Source of the DNA: Nitrosopumilaceae archaeon
GTDB lineage: Archaea; Thermoproteota; Nitrososphaeria; Nitrososphaerales; Nitrosopumilaceae
Direction: 5' to 3'
NCBI GenBank assembly: GCA_965207375.1
Contig: OZ242274.1
Span: forward strand, 1,056,001 to 1,120,000
Length of the DNA: 64,000 nucleotides
Each line of letters starts with the position of its first letter. Position 1 is the stretch's first letter. The notes beneath the pieces are model-generated. The model ran no database searches. It worked only from the letters and a program-made list of their open reading frames with translations, and had not been told where the DNA came from. This document shows positions 49,779 through 60,000 of this stretch, in pieces. Made by a program: the position numbers and the translations under genes.

Positions 49779-51124
49779 GATGTCTCCTTTAATGACTGAA
49801 TCATTGCATCTGCCTTGTGTTGTGTCTCTTTGAACTCGCTTTCTGGAACCGAATCTGAAACAATGCCTGCCCCAGACTGGACAAATCCAGAATTTCCATC
49901 AATGAATATGCTTCTTATGGCTATTGCAAAATCACAGCATCCATTAAACGAAAAATATCCTACAGCCCCCGCATATGTGCCCCTTGCCTCTGATTCTAAC
50001 TCATCTATTATTTGCATGGCTCGAACCTTTGGAGCTCCTGATACAGTACCTGCCGGAAAAACTGCCTTGAATGCATCAAACATGTCCTTTTTGGAATCTA
50101 GTGTTCCAACAACGTGTGTAACTATGTGCTGAACATGACTGAATCGTTTGATTTTCATCAATTCCTCAGGATGTACAGTTCCGTATCTGCAAACTCTTCC
50201 AATGTCATTTCTTCCCAAATCTACAAGCATTGTGTGCTCTGCTAATTCCTTTTGGTCCGACAGCAGCTCGGCTGCTAGCTCTTGGTTTGTTTGCTCATCG
50301 TCTGTAACCTTTTTGGTTCCTGCAATTGGAAATGTTTCAACCTTGTTTTGCGTAACTCTTACTAGCATCTCAGGTGATGCTCCAATTATTGTTTTGGTGT
50401 TGTGTTTTAGATGATACATGTAAGGTGAAGGATTTAGACTTCTCAAGGTTTTATACAGTGTTAGATTGTCCCCATTTGCCTCAAAGTTGAATTTTCTAGA
50501 CAATACGACTTGAAAAATATCTCCATCGTGTATGTATTGTTTTGCCTTTTTGACAATAGTTGAAAATTTTTGTTCATCTGCGTTTGGAACAATCTCTGAT
50601 GCTCTAAACTCTTTGAATTCTCCTTGTGATATTTTGAACTGCTCAAATCTGTTTTGATCATAATAAAAATAAAATAATTTCTCATGTAAATTATCATACA
50701 ACAATCCATCGTCATAAATCCCAAATTCCATTAATGGTTCTATTGTATCATGTGAATCTGCAATGTCCTCTACTAGTCTAATGGCATCATAGTTTACAAC
50801 TCCTACTGCCCCACCTAGATATCTGTATGATTGTTCGTCGTTATTTCCCAACAGTTTTTTTAGCTCAGAAAATGGATCACTTGTTTTTACCGTCTTGATT
50901 TTACCTTCTTTGGAGATTATCTTGACTTTGTCAGAGTATCCCTTTAGAATTATTTTGGGATCAAATCCCATTACTGAGGTTTCTGCAAGCTTTTCTGGCC
51001 CTGTTAGTGATTCGAACAAAAACGAATGTGAATAGTTGCGAGAGATTTTATTGTAAATTTGAAACTGGTTTTCAGATAACTCTAGAGGTATTATTTTTGG
51101 TTGGGAATTTCCAAAGGTATCCAC
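49775..51124 (-). CDS. trpE: anthranilate synthase component I
   Basis: GDIFQVVLS, NPSPYM, EHTMLVDLGRND, PAGTVSGAPK. Confidence 0.96.
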   Translation of the reverse strand: MDTFGNSQPKIIPLELSENQFQIYNKISRNYSHSFLFESLTGPEKLAETSVMGFDPKIILKGYSDKVKIISKEGKIKTVKTSDPFSELKKLLGNNDEQSYRYLGGAVGVVNYDAIRLVEDIADSHDTIEPLMEFGIYDDGLLYDNLHEKLFYFYYDQNRFEQFKISQGEFKEFRASEIVPNADEQKFSTIVKKAKQYIHDGDIFQVVLSRKFNFEANGDNLTLYKTLRSLNPSPYMYHLKHNTKTIIGASPEMLVRVTQNKVETFPIAGTKKVTDDEQTNQELAAELLSDQKELAEHTMLVDLGRNDIGRVCRYGTVHPEELMKIKRFSHVQHIVTHVVGTLDSKKDMFDAFKAVFPAGTVSGAPKVRAMQIIDELESEARGTYAGAVGYFSFNGCCDFAIAIRSIFIDGNSGFVQSGAGIVSDSVPESEFKETQHKADAMIQSLKETS

Positions 51125-51198
51125 CCATAAACAAAATTACAGTCAAATATTATTTAAGTTGTAGAGTTTTTTACCTCGATATTCTGCCTAGATTACGT

Positions 51199-51216
51199 TA
51201 CCGTACCGGTACGGTA
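51199..51216. promoter_or_regulatory. perfect 18-bp palindrome between divergent trpE and a Zn-finger ORF
   Basis: taccgtaccggtacggta, next to TTTATA at about 51219. Confidence 0.55.
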
Positions 51217-51247
51217 CCTTTATATCATATTTGATCGCATGTATATC

Positions 51248-51409
51248 ATGCAGGTATTATCTATTTACAGGCCAACGTTGAGCAAATCCTCTGCTCATAG
51301 GGTAGGGTGTCATGTATGTGGAAAGGGATTAGAGGACGGCTTTTCTGTAACTGCTAAAACAATTCGCAATGATATTGTATTATTTTGTGATGCACACTAC
51401 AAAATCTAG
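51248..51409 (+). CDS. 53-aa zinc-finger microprotein (alternative start 51239)
   Basis: MQVLSIYRPT...GCHVCGK...LFCDAHYKI; CxxC...CxxH; TATA upstream. Confidence 0.7.
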   Translation: MQVLSIYRPTLSKSSAHRVGCHVCGKGLEDGFSVTAKTIRNDIVLFCDAHYKI

Positions 51410-51468
51410 TCTACGTCTTACTAATCACAAACAACTAGGATTATAATTGTAAAATATCTAAAATCTTT

Positions 51469-52539
51469 ATGGATGATCTTTATAGATTTTTACCAGAGGA
51501 GTTGGAAGATATAGTAATCCGATTGGGCCAGAAGCGATTCAGGGCTGATCAAATCTTACTTCCGTTATACTACAAATATCCCCAAAAAATTGACGACATA
51601 AGGCAGCTATCTAAAATATTTCGTCAATTGCTAAATGAAAAAAAATACACAATCGGTTCTACTACTGAGATACACCGTGTGGTAAGCGATGATGGCTGCA
51701 CTACAAAATTATTGCTAAATTTACCAGATGGTACTCCTGTTGAATCTGTACTTATGCAGTATGGGCCAACAAAAATACTTGGACATCCACGATCTACTGT
51801 ATGTGTGTCTACGCAGGTGGGCTGTGCAATGGGATGTGTTTTTTGTGCCACAGGACAGATGGGTTTTAAAAGACAGATGAGGGCAGAAGAAATTGTAGGT
51901 CAGGTAATTCACTTTTCCAAAATGCTAAAAGAAAAAGATCAACATATTACAAATATTGTCTTTATGGGAATGGGTGAGCCGCTTGCAAACTATGATGAAA
52001 CCATACGTGCGATTAGAATTCTAACCCATCCTAGGGGTTTTGGATTGGGACAGAGGCACATTACAGTTTCTACCATCGGAATCATTTCTGGAATTGACAG
52101 ACTTGCACAAGAGAATCTGCAAATAGGCCTTGCTATTTCTTTGCATGCTCCAAACGATAAACTACGCAGAAAATTAATTCCCACTGCAGGACCTACCTCT
52201 GTTGCCGATATTATTGCAGCAGGACGCAGATATTTTATGAAAACTGGTAGACGTGTTACTTTTGAATATGCCTTGATTTCAGGAATAAATGATACTGTTG
52301 AAGTGGCACATGAATTGGCCAGACTTTTACAAGGTAACGGCTCACATGTCAATTTGATTCCAATTAATGCAACAGATGGTGATTTTAACAGACCTGCAAG
52401 AAAGCAGGTCTTGGAATTTGAGAAAATTTTACTTCTTGCAGGCATAAATTGTACCGTTCGGGTTGAAAAGGGTGCAGAAATTGCTGCTGCCTGTGGTCAG
52501 CTGCGTACTGATGTTGTAAATAACCAAACTGTACATTAG
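51469..52539 (+). CDS. rlmN: radical SAM RNA methyltransferase, RlmN family
   Basis: QVGCAMGCVFCATG, FMGMGEPL, ISLHAPN, AACGQL. Confidence 0.92.
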   Translation: MDDLYRFLPEELEDIVIRLGQKRFRADQILLPLYYKYPQKIDDIRQLSKIFRQLLNEKKYTIGSTTEIHRVVSDDGCTTKLLLNLPDGTPVESVLMQYGPTKILGHPRSTVCVSTQVGCAMGCVFCATGQMGFKRQMRAEEIVGQVIHFSKMLKEKDQHITNIVFMGMGEPLANYDETIRAIRILTHPRGFGLGQRHITVSTIGIISGIDRLAQENLQIGLAISLHAPNDKLRRKLIPTAGPTSVADIIAAGRRYFMKTGRRVTFEYALISGINDTVEVAHELARLLQGNGSHVNLIPINATDGDFNRPARKQVLEFEKILLLAGINCTVRVEKGAEIAAACGQLRTDVVNNQTVH

Positions 52540-52642
52540 AGTTAATTGGCAAATTCTGCCAAAATTTACTTAAGATTTGCAACATGTGCTGACTTGTGTT
52601 TTATCAAATACTGGCAACAAATGTTAGACCGTTAAGCCGTGT

Positions 52643-54778
52643 TTAATTTGTAGCCTCTATTTTCTTTAAGGTGTCAGCTATTTGTTGCCATAGTGGATTA
52701 GAATATTTTTGGGTATTGTTTTGGGCTTCGGCTGCAGTCATAGGATTATCATGTTCTGTAATGTTAAATGCTGCCAAGACTCTATTCCATAAATCAGCTT
52801 GTTCTTTTACAACTTCAATTAAAGTTGCATTTATCGTGTATGTTGGTTCAGGTACTGGTTCTACTATAGGTGTTGGTTCTACTATAGGTGTTGGTTCTAC
52901 TATAGGTGTTGGTTCTACTATAGGTGTTGGTTCTACTATAGGTGTTGGTTCTACTATAGGTGTTGGTTCTACTATAGGTGTTGGTTCTACCTGTGATGTA
53001 TCTTGAGCAACGGCTGATGTTTGGTTAACCTGTGGTACGTGTATTTCCTGTGGCTCTTGCTGTGGTGTATTTTGTGTTGCATTTTGCTGCTGCTGCTGTT
53101 GTTCAATTGCAGCCTCACGCTCTTGTAAGATATTTGCAATCTTGACCCATAATGGACTAGAATATTTCTTTGTATTTGCCTGTGCCTCTGCTGCAGTAAG
53201 TGGATTATCATGTTGTATCACTCCAAATGCTGCAAGTGCTCTATTCCATCTGTCAACATGTTGGTGACCGTGATGTACTTGACTTGCAAGGTACTTTATG
53301 TCCTCAATTAGTTCTGGGTCAGCTGTAGGTATTGGTATAGATTCTGGTACAATTATCGGTGTATCTTGTGCGATATTTGATGTGTGGTTAATTTGTGGTA
53401 CGTGTATTTCCTGTGGTTGCTGTGGTGAATCTTGAGGTTGCTGTGCGGCTGCATCCCTTGCAGCCTCTAATTTAGCCAGTTCTTGAGCAACTAAACCCCA
53501 AAATGCATTATTGTATTTTTTTACATTGGCCAGAGCCTCTGCTGCAGTCATAGGATTGTCATGTTGTATTTCTCCAAATGCTGCCAAGACCCTATTCCAT
53601 CTGTCAACGTGTTCTGCACCAAGATGAGTTTGTTGTGCCATTATCTTTGCACCGTCTATTACTGATGGATCAATTTCATCATACGGATTTTCTGGTATTG
53701 GAACACCGGTTGTGAGTCTGGGTTGTCCGTCACCGCCACCATCATCATCCTGTATTAAGATTACAGCACGCGATGGGTCACCTATAGTATATCCATTACC
53801 TGGAAGTAACGTAAATGTGACGCTTCCATCTGCTTCATCTGTGGAATCATCTAATGTAGCTAGACTGACAGTCCGGGCGTTTGATGTTAATATAATTGAC
53901 CTATCGTTCAGTTCAAAATTAAGCCGAGCATATTCTCCTACTTGGGAAGTTCGATAATTTACTGTTACAGGATTTATTGATGTGGCTGGAGGTGATATAG
54001 TTATTTCTGCTATAACGGTAGCACCTTCAATCACTGATACAGGATTAATTGTGGAAGGTAGAATTGTCACTACATTAGCTGTTCCAATCTGTGTCTCCCA
54101 AAAATGTTGGCTAGCATACCTTGCATCAGACGGATTATTTGGATGTATCCACTCATGGAGGTATGGGCTATCTACAGTGCGTTCTACTATAGGTGAAACC
54201 ATGACAAGTAGTGATTCGGGACTGCCACCATAATTGGCTACATTTGTAGACCATGAGGCACTACCTGTATTTGACCCTGCATTGATGGTTATCTTTTTGT
54301 AGGTGACAGGAAGGTAGGTGGGGTTGGTTCCTAAATCCCTGTCGGCCGTGCTACTGTAGGTTGCAAATGTTTCAGTGTCGCTGCTAGTGCCGCCGAGGGT
54401 GGCATGAGTGGTACTACTACATAGGTTTGCTGCACTTGACCTGACAGAAGCGTGAGATGCATGACAGTCATTAAGCTGTGCATAAAATTCTATTTTCTCT
54501 CCTGTTTTGAGGTGCTCATCTAGAGTTACAGTTACTGTGATGGGTTGACCAGAAGCGGGATTGTTTAGTGTGACTAGGGCTCTGTTTATCTCATTGTCAT
54601 CTGTATAAAATTGAGGGGCCATTGTAACGGATGGCACAATTGGGTGACAGGCAGTGTGGAAATTCGTTTCGCCGTTTATGCGGCAAAGCACATGGTCAGA
54701 AAATGCCTCTGGTGTTTGAACACCGAGCAATAATGATATAGAAACTGCCATAATAACTGCAAAGTATAATGTTTTCAC
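52643..54778 (-). CDS. secreted variable surface protein, copy 2
   Basis: Paralog of 35913-37922; TLDDSTDEADGSVTFTL...IQDDD Calx-beta-like motif; 7x VEPTPI. Confidence 0.85.
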   Translation of the reverse strand: MKTLYFAVIMAVSISLLLGVQTPEAFSDHVLCRINGETNFHTACHPIVPSVTMAPQFYTDDNEINRALVTLNNPASGQPITVTVTLDEHLKTGEKIEFYAQLNDCHASHASVRSSAANLCSSTTHATLGGTSSDTETFATYSSTADRDLGTNPTYLPVTYKKITINAGSNTGSASWSTNVANYGGSPESLLVMVSPIVERTVDSPYLHEWIHPNNPSDARYASQHFWETQIGTANVVTILPSTINPVSVIEGATVIAEITISPPATSINPVTVNYRTSQVGEYARLNFELNDRSIILTSNARTVSLATLDDSTDEADGSVTFTLLPGNGYTIGDPSRAVILIQDDDGGGDGQPRLTTGVPIPENPYDEIDPSVIDGAKIMAQQTHLGAEHVDRWNRVLAAFGEIQHDNPMTAAEALANVKKYNNAFWGLVAQELAKLEAARDAAAQQPQDSPQQPQEIHVPQINHTSNIAQDTPIIVPESIPIPTADPELIEDIKYLASQVHHGHQHVDRWNRALAAFGVIQHDNPLTAAEAQANTKKYSSPLWVKIANILQEREAAIEQQQQQQNATQNTPQQEPQEIHVPQVNQTSAVAQDTSQVEPTPIVEPTPIVEPTPIVEPTPIVEPTPIVEPTPIVEPTPIVEPVPEPTYTINATLIEVVKEQADLWNRVLAAFNITEHDNPMTAAEAQNNTQKYSNPLWQQIADTLKKIEATN
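52856..52990. repeat. 18-bp perfect tandem repeat, 7.5 copies (VEPTPI)
   Basis: Unit tggttctactataggtgt. Confidence 0.95.
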
Positions 54779-54787
54779 AAAATTAAC

Positions 54788-54805
54788 GGGGGGGGGTTCT
54801 AAAAA
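54788..54805 (-). promoter_or_regulatory. TATA-like box followed by a C9 homopolymer before the GTG start of copy 2
   Basis: Plus strand G9 at 54788-54796, same context as 37932-37950. Confidence 0.6.
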
Positions 54806-54897
54806 TGTTGCGATTTGAGCAAGTGTACCAGATCAGATCAAGCTCAAATCCGCACCTAATACAATAAATTGATTATTCATTATATTCCTACATAAAA

Positions 54898-56574
54898 TTA
54901 ATCTAATCTTGGCACGGTGATTGCTCCTTGTGCTGCAGATCCTACAAGTGATGCGTATTTTGCCAAAGCACCCAAAGTGTAATTTGGCTCAGGACGCCTC
55001 CATTGCTGCTTTCGCTTTGTCATCTCCTTCTCAGATACGTGAAGATCGATACCTGATGTTTTGATATCTATTGTGATTTTGTCATCATTTTTGATCAACG
55101 CAATTGGTCCTCCAACATATGCCTCTGGTGCAACATGACCTACCATAAAACCTCTAGTACCTCCTGAAAATCTCCCGTCTGTCACCATTGCAACCTTTTT
55201 GCCTAGGCCCTGACCTACAAGTGCTGCAGTAGTTGCAAGCATTTCTCGCATTCCTGGTCCGCCCCTTGGTCCCTCATATCTGATTACGACCACTTGACCT
55301 TCATCGATTTGACCCTTTGATACTGCCTCAAATGCATGTTCCTCCTTGTCATATACTCGTGCTCTTCCTGTAAACTGAGTCATCTCAACTCCTGCTGTTT
55401 TGATTACTGCCCCCTCTGGCGCAAGTGTTCCCTTGAGAATAACTGCTGTGCCTGTAGGATGTAACGGGTTATCTACAGGTCTAATAATTGACTGTTCAGG
55501 CTCTGGTATGTTTGCCGAATCTAGATTCTGTTGTATTGTCTTACCTGTTACCGTAATGCAGTCTCCATTTAGTAGTCCATTGTCTGCCAATTTTTTTAAA
55601 ACAAACGGTATACCTCCTATTTTATCAAGACTATTCATGACATAGCTTCCGCCTGGCTTCATATCTGCAATATGTGGAGTCTTTTTCCTGATTGCCTCAA
55701 AATCTTCATATGTTAGTTTGATTCTAGCCTCATTTGCCATTGATAGTAGGTGTAAAATTCCATTAGTTGAGCCACCTACTGCATTTAGCACCGTAATTGC
55801 ATTTTCAAATGCCTCCCAGGTCATAATGTCCCTTGGTCTGATATTTTGCTCAACTAGTTTTGCACATGCAGCACCTGTATCATATACCATTTTTTGGCGG
55901 CGTTTGTCTTCTGCAGGAGGACTAGCACTTCCAGGCAATGCCAATCCTATTGCTTCTGAAATTGATGCCATTGTATTTGCCGTAAACATACCTCCACAGG
56001 AGCCTGAGTTGGGACATGCAGTATTTTCGATATCTTTGAGCATCTCAAACGAGATCTGACCTGCATCATATGCTCCTACTGCCTCATACACGTCTACTAT
56101 TGTAAGCTCCTGTCCATCTAAAATACCTGGCATTATTGTTCCTCCGTACACAAAAACTGAAGGCAAGTTCAATCTAGCCATTGCCATCATGGTTCCAGGT
56201 AGGCTTTTATCGCATCCTGCTATTCCCACCAATGCATCATACTGATGTGCCCTCATCATTAATTCAATAGAGTCTGCAATTATCTCTCTTGAAACCAAAG
56301 ATGACTTCATCCCCTCGTGACCCATTGCAATTCCATCACTTACTGCAATTGTGGAAAATATTCTTGGTGTTGCCCCATTGTCGGTAACGCCTTTTTTTGC
56401 ATTTTCTGCAAGTGCTGGCAATAATATGTTGCAAGGTGTTGCCTCATTTCCGGTATGACAGACGCCTATCATTGATTTACTAAGATCATCATCATCTAGG
56501 CCCATGGCCTTGTACATTGCCCTGTGTGGTGCACGGGCAGTACCTTCTACCACATTTTTACTTGAAATTTCCAT
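54898..56574 (-). CDS. ilvD: dihydroxy-acid dehydratase
   Basis: [43 protein letters not shown]. Confidence 0.97.
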   Translation of the reverse strand: MEISSKNVVEGTARAPHRAMYKAMGLDDDDLSKSMIGVCHTGNEATPCNILLPALAENAKKGVTDNGATPRIFSTIAVSDGIAMGHEGMKSSLVSREIIADSIELMMRAHQYDALVGIAGCDKSLPGTMMAMARLNLPSVFVYGGTIMPGILDGQELTIVDVYEAVGAYDAGQISFEMLKDIENTACPNSGSCGGMFTANTMASISEAIGLALPGSASPPAEDKRRQKMVYDTGAACAKLVEQNIRPRDIMTWEAFENAITVLNAVGGSTNGILHLLSMANEARIKLTYEDFEAIRKKTPHIADMKPGGSYVMNSLDKIGGIPFVLKKLADNGLLNGDCITVTGKTIQQNLDSANIPEPEQSIIRPVDNPLHPTGTAVILKGTLAPEGAVIKTAGVEMTQFTGRARVYDKEEHAFEAVSKGQIDEGQVVVIRYEGPRGGPGMREMLATTAALVGQGLGKKVAMVTDGRFSGGTRGFMVGHVAPEAYVGGPIALIKNDDKITIDIKTSGIDLHVSEKEMTKRKQQWRRPEPNYTLGALAKYASLVGSAAQGAITVPRLD

Positions 56575-56615
56575 AACTAGTTAATCGCACATCTGTAATT
56601 TAATCTTGTTTTAGA

Positions 56616-57215
56616 TTATCGTATGTCTAGTATTATGTTGTCTAATTCCTGGAGTTGTTCTTGTACCTCTTCTGGTGTTTCTGAACCATATGAGATCAAT
56701 ATCCTGTCATCATCTTGTACCACATATTTCAAAATATCTGATACCTGTTCTCCGTTAATGAAAAACTTTAGTGAAAACGTATCATCTGTACAAAATTCTC
56801 TTCCGTCTGGGAAAATATAGCACTCATCTGTGACCTTGATTCCCATAGAATCAAACATGTATTCCAATTCTACTCCTATTGCATGTCTGTGAATTGTATC
56901 TCCATTTTGTCCTTCAAAGTGAATCCATGGTGTTTTTACCTGATACGCAGGTAGCGAGAAATCAAACTCTGTTCCAAATATTTTGACAAGCATTGCAGCA
57001 TGTATGTGTTCGCTGCCTAGTGGACCTGCATTTTCTGGTCCCCCCGGTGCATCTACTGTCAATGTTGTAAATTCATATGATGCATAGGCAATAATTGAGA
57101 TAACTACTGCACCTACTGCAGCTGCGATAAGCTTGTTTTTGTAACTTTGCTTTTGTTGCCGCGCTGCATATTTTTCACGTCTTTCTTCACGATCACGCTG
57201 ATGTTTTTTGCCCAT
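56616..57215 (-). CDS. membrane-anchored His-motif hypothetical protein
   Basis: Basic N-terminus, one TM, HIHA...IHFE...IHRH, DRILISYG. Confidence 0.75.
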   Translation of the reverse strand: MGKKHQRDREERREKYAARQQKQSYKNKLIAAAVGAVVISIIAYASYEFTTLTVDAPGGPENAGPLGSEHIHAAMLVKIFGTEFDFSLPAYQVKTPWIHFEGQNGDTIHRHAIGVELEYMFDSMGIKVTDECYIFPDGREFCTDDTFSLKFFINGEQVSDILKYVVQDDDRILISYGSETPEEVQEQLQELDNIILDIR

Positions 57216-57539
57216 GAATGCAAAAATTTTGAAAAATTACCCTAATTAATGATTCGATAAGTTAACTCCAAGTCATCTATAACCTCAATCCTTTTTGTTC
57301 GCGTATTCCAAATTATATCAGACATCAAATTGTACTAGAGCATTCTGACTCAGAATCTTTTACAGATACGCCATACTGATAAATTCTAGATCGTATCCTA
57401 CACCGACCAACAGTGACACTTTGGAAGAATGTTGTATGGGCAATCATGATTCAGATCTAGGCATCAAAACACCATTCATGTGACAAAGACGGTATTTTTA
57501 ATAGCAGCGTTGAAATAAAATAACTGTCTTTGATATTTT

Positions 57540-57944
57540 ATGGATTGCATCTTTTGTGATATTTTAGATGGCAGACGCGCAGGCCACTTTGTATATGAGG
57601 ATGAAAAACACATTGCCTTTTTAGACAAGTATCCAATCGATCACGGTCACACCTTGGTAATACCGCGAAACCATCATGAACGAATTACCCAAATGAAGGC
57701 ACAAGATGTAGGCAATCTTTTCTCGCAAATTCCCAAAATTGCAAATGCGATAATTGCAGCTACGGGAGCTGTTGCATTTAGTCTGGGACAAAACAACGGC
57801 CGTGAGGCAAAACAAATTGTCCCACATGTACACGTTCATATCATTCCACGATACAAAGATCAAGAGACGGTGTGGACAAAAAGAAAGATTGCCCCAGACT
57901 CTGAACTCTTAGAATTGGCAAATAAAATAAAATCCCACATGTAA
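57540..57944 (+). CDS. HIT family hydrolase
   Basis: CIFC, GHTLVIP, HVHVHIIPR. Confidence 0.94.
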   Translation: MDCIFCDILDGRRAGHFVYEDEKHIAFLDKYPIDHGHTLVIPRNHHERITQMKAQDVGNLFSQIPKIANAIIAATGAVAFSLGQNNGREAKQIVPHVHVHIIPRYKDQETVWTKRKIAPDSELLELANKIKSHM

Positions 57945-57945
57945 A

Positions 57946-59229
57946 TTAAGACCTGCTGTGGCCCGGATTGTATCTTAGAATGGCTCCAATTTTTCCTAAA
58001 CTAGACAGCATTGAGCCGTGTTCTGCACTGCCTGATATTACCTCAATTTTGGTTCCAGTCTTTGCAGACAACAACGCAAGATAATCTATAATGTCTTGCT
58101 CCTTTATTTCTGAATCCATTGTATTGCATTTTGAACATGATGCATTTGCAAACTCTGTTTTTTTTGGAATTACCTGCGGCCTCTCTATAATTGCCTCCTC
58201 GATATTTTGACACCTCTTACATTTGGACTCTATTCTGTGCAAATTTGTATCATCTGTAACTAGTATTGTCTCTACTACATTGTTTTTTAGCAGGTCAATT
58301 ACCTCATACAGTCCATATGCTCCCAATCCTGAATTTGAATTTATATGTCTGAATAACTGCTCTACAATCTTTTTTTCCTCGACCATTCTAAAATCTGATA
58401 AAATATCGCCGGATTTGACAAATGCCTCCCTTATTCCTTCTGCTCCGGCATATGATGAATCAATCGTTGAAATAATCATGTCTTGCAGTCGATATTCCAG
58501 ATAATTTCCATTAATGAAATCTTCTTTTGTGGGGCCTGGCCCTGACACTATTAATCCCTTAATTTTGTAAATATCTATAAAATATTCTCTAGTAGTTGTT
58601 GCAATTCGATTAAAATAATATGTCAGCTCCATCTCGCGCAACTTTTGGAATCTTTTTGCAGATTGGCCTCCCTGCCTATGCTTTCCTGCCACTCCTGATG
58701 AGGTACGTGTGAGCACCTCGATCTTGTCCCCGTGTAACAGTCCCCATCCTGCGTCTTTTGCATCAATTGCTAAAAACCCAATCAAATTGTCGTCTTTTAG
58801 CATGTCCTTTAGAATATCTACATGAAAATGATCATCACATCTGTACAGGTATTGTTTCAAATCTTTTGGAGGTTCAATCTCCCATACCTTTACCACTTCA
58901 CTGCCTAGCGGTCCGCCCCCCACAGGCGGCAATGCCCCACAAAACATGACTAGTCCGCGCTCTGGCGTCTTTTTGTAAAGCTTTAGTCTTTGTACTACCT
59001 TTCCCAAGGAATCTACAACGTGGCTTCTGGTAAGATCTGATTTGATATTATCTGCGGTCCCTTGTTCTTGTTGCAGTGTTCCAACTATTTCATGAAGCTG
59101 TTTTCCTTTTGGTATGTATACGCTGATTAGCTCAGTACCTCTACCTGATTTTTGGGACAACTCATCAAGTGTTTTTCTAATCTTGTAGAGCTGAACAGAA
59201 TCTTGTTTTTCTATTTTGATTTTGCCCAT
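57946..59229 (-). CDS. prf1: peptide chain release factor aRF1
   Basis: GTELIS, NIKS, YRCD, GGQSAKRF, IGAILRY. Confidence 0.97.
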   Translation of the reverse strand: MGKIKIEKQDSVQLYKIRKTLDELSQKSGRGTELISVYIPKGKQLHEIVGTLQQEQGTADNIKSDLTRSHVVDSLGKVVQRLKLYKKTPERGLVMFCGALPPVGGGPLGSEVVKVWEIEPPKDLKQYLYRCDDHFHVDILKDMLKDDNLIGFLAIDAKDAGWGLLHGDKIEVLTRTSSGVAGKHRQGGQSAKRFQKLREMELTYYFNRIATTTREYFIDIYKIKGLIVSGPGPTKEDFINGNYLEYRLQDMIISTIDSSYAGAEGIREAFVKSGDILSDFRMVEEKKIVEQLFRHINSNSGLGAYGLYEVIDLLKNNVVETILVTDDTNLHRIESKCKRCQNIEEAIIERPQVIPKKTEFANASCSKCNTMDSEIKEQDIIDYLALLSAKTGTKIEVISGSAEHGSMLSSLGKIGAILRYNPGHSRS

Positions 59230-59271
59230 GTGAGAATCTCTCTATTTTATGCATATTAAGTTTGGTTGAAA

Positions 59272-59928
59272 TTACAACCCGTCAATTGTTTTGACAAAAA
59301 CTTCTAGTGGCTGATTGCCTCTTATTTTAACAATTTTTTCATCATTGAAAATTAAAAACGATGGCGTGGCATCTATTCCAATATCTTGGCCTGCTTTGTA
59401 CATGTCTAGTATCATCTGTCGATATGTTTGCTTATCCATGCATTTGTTAAACTCGTTTGCATTCAAATCAACTGCAATTGCAAATTTTGTCAATGAATCC
59501 CTTGTAACCCATCCTGTCCTTTCTCCACCCCAGTTATTGTACAGCTCATCATGATACCTCCAATATTTTCCTTGATCCTTTGCACAGTAAGATGCTTCTG
59601 CAGCAAGAACCGAATCTGGACCATTTAGGGCAAAATCCTTGAAGATTAGATTTACCCTGCCGGTATCTATGTAATCGGTTTTTAGCGCCTTCATAGTTGT
59701 TTGGTGAAATCTATAACAAAACGTACATTGATAGTCTCCATACTCTACAATAGTGATTGGTGCAGATGCCTCCCCCTCCACAGGCGAACCTCCTGCTTTG
59801 AGATTTTTCACGGTAAGTTTTGTAGAATCAAACCGAGTTGGATTGATCTGATCGTTGAACCCTACTAGAAACACCCCAACTACAATTCCTACAATTACAG
59901 GTATTGCCACTAGCATTGCCTTGTTCAC
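59272..59928 (-). CDS. DsbA/thioredoxin-like membrane-anchored protein
   Basis: EYGDYQCTFC, ATPSF; GTG 59928 preferred to 59991. Confidence 0.88.
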   Translation of the reverse strand: MNKAMLVAIPVIVGIVVGVFLVGFNDQINPTRFDSTKLTVKNLKAGGSPVEGEASAPITIVEYGDYQCTFCYRFHQTTMKALKTDYIDTGRVNLIFKDFALNGPDSVLAAEASYCAKDQGKYWRYHDELYNNWGGERTGWVTRDSLTKFAIAVDLNANEFNKCMDKQTYRQMILDMYKAGQDIGIDATPSFLIFNDEKIVKIRGNQPLEVFVKTIDGL

Positions 59929-60000
59929 AAAATACAAACAACCTCTTTGTCTGTAAATAGCTTGGGCTGCATTAATCCAAACCTGATTCAAACCTTAATG

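Noticed and set aside
34459-52642. GTCTAAC shortly after the stop of all three surface-gene copies resembles an integron attC inverse core
   Set aside because: No matching GTTRRRY at a suitable distance, no long attC-like stem, no integrase, and the copies are not arrayed
54812-54850. 9-bp inverted repeat gatttgagc...gctcaaatc upstream of copy 2 as an invertible promoter switch
   Set aside because: Short, absent at copy 1, does not enclose the TATA-like box, and no recombinase nearby; may be an ilvD terminator hairpin
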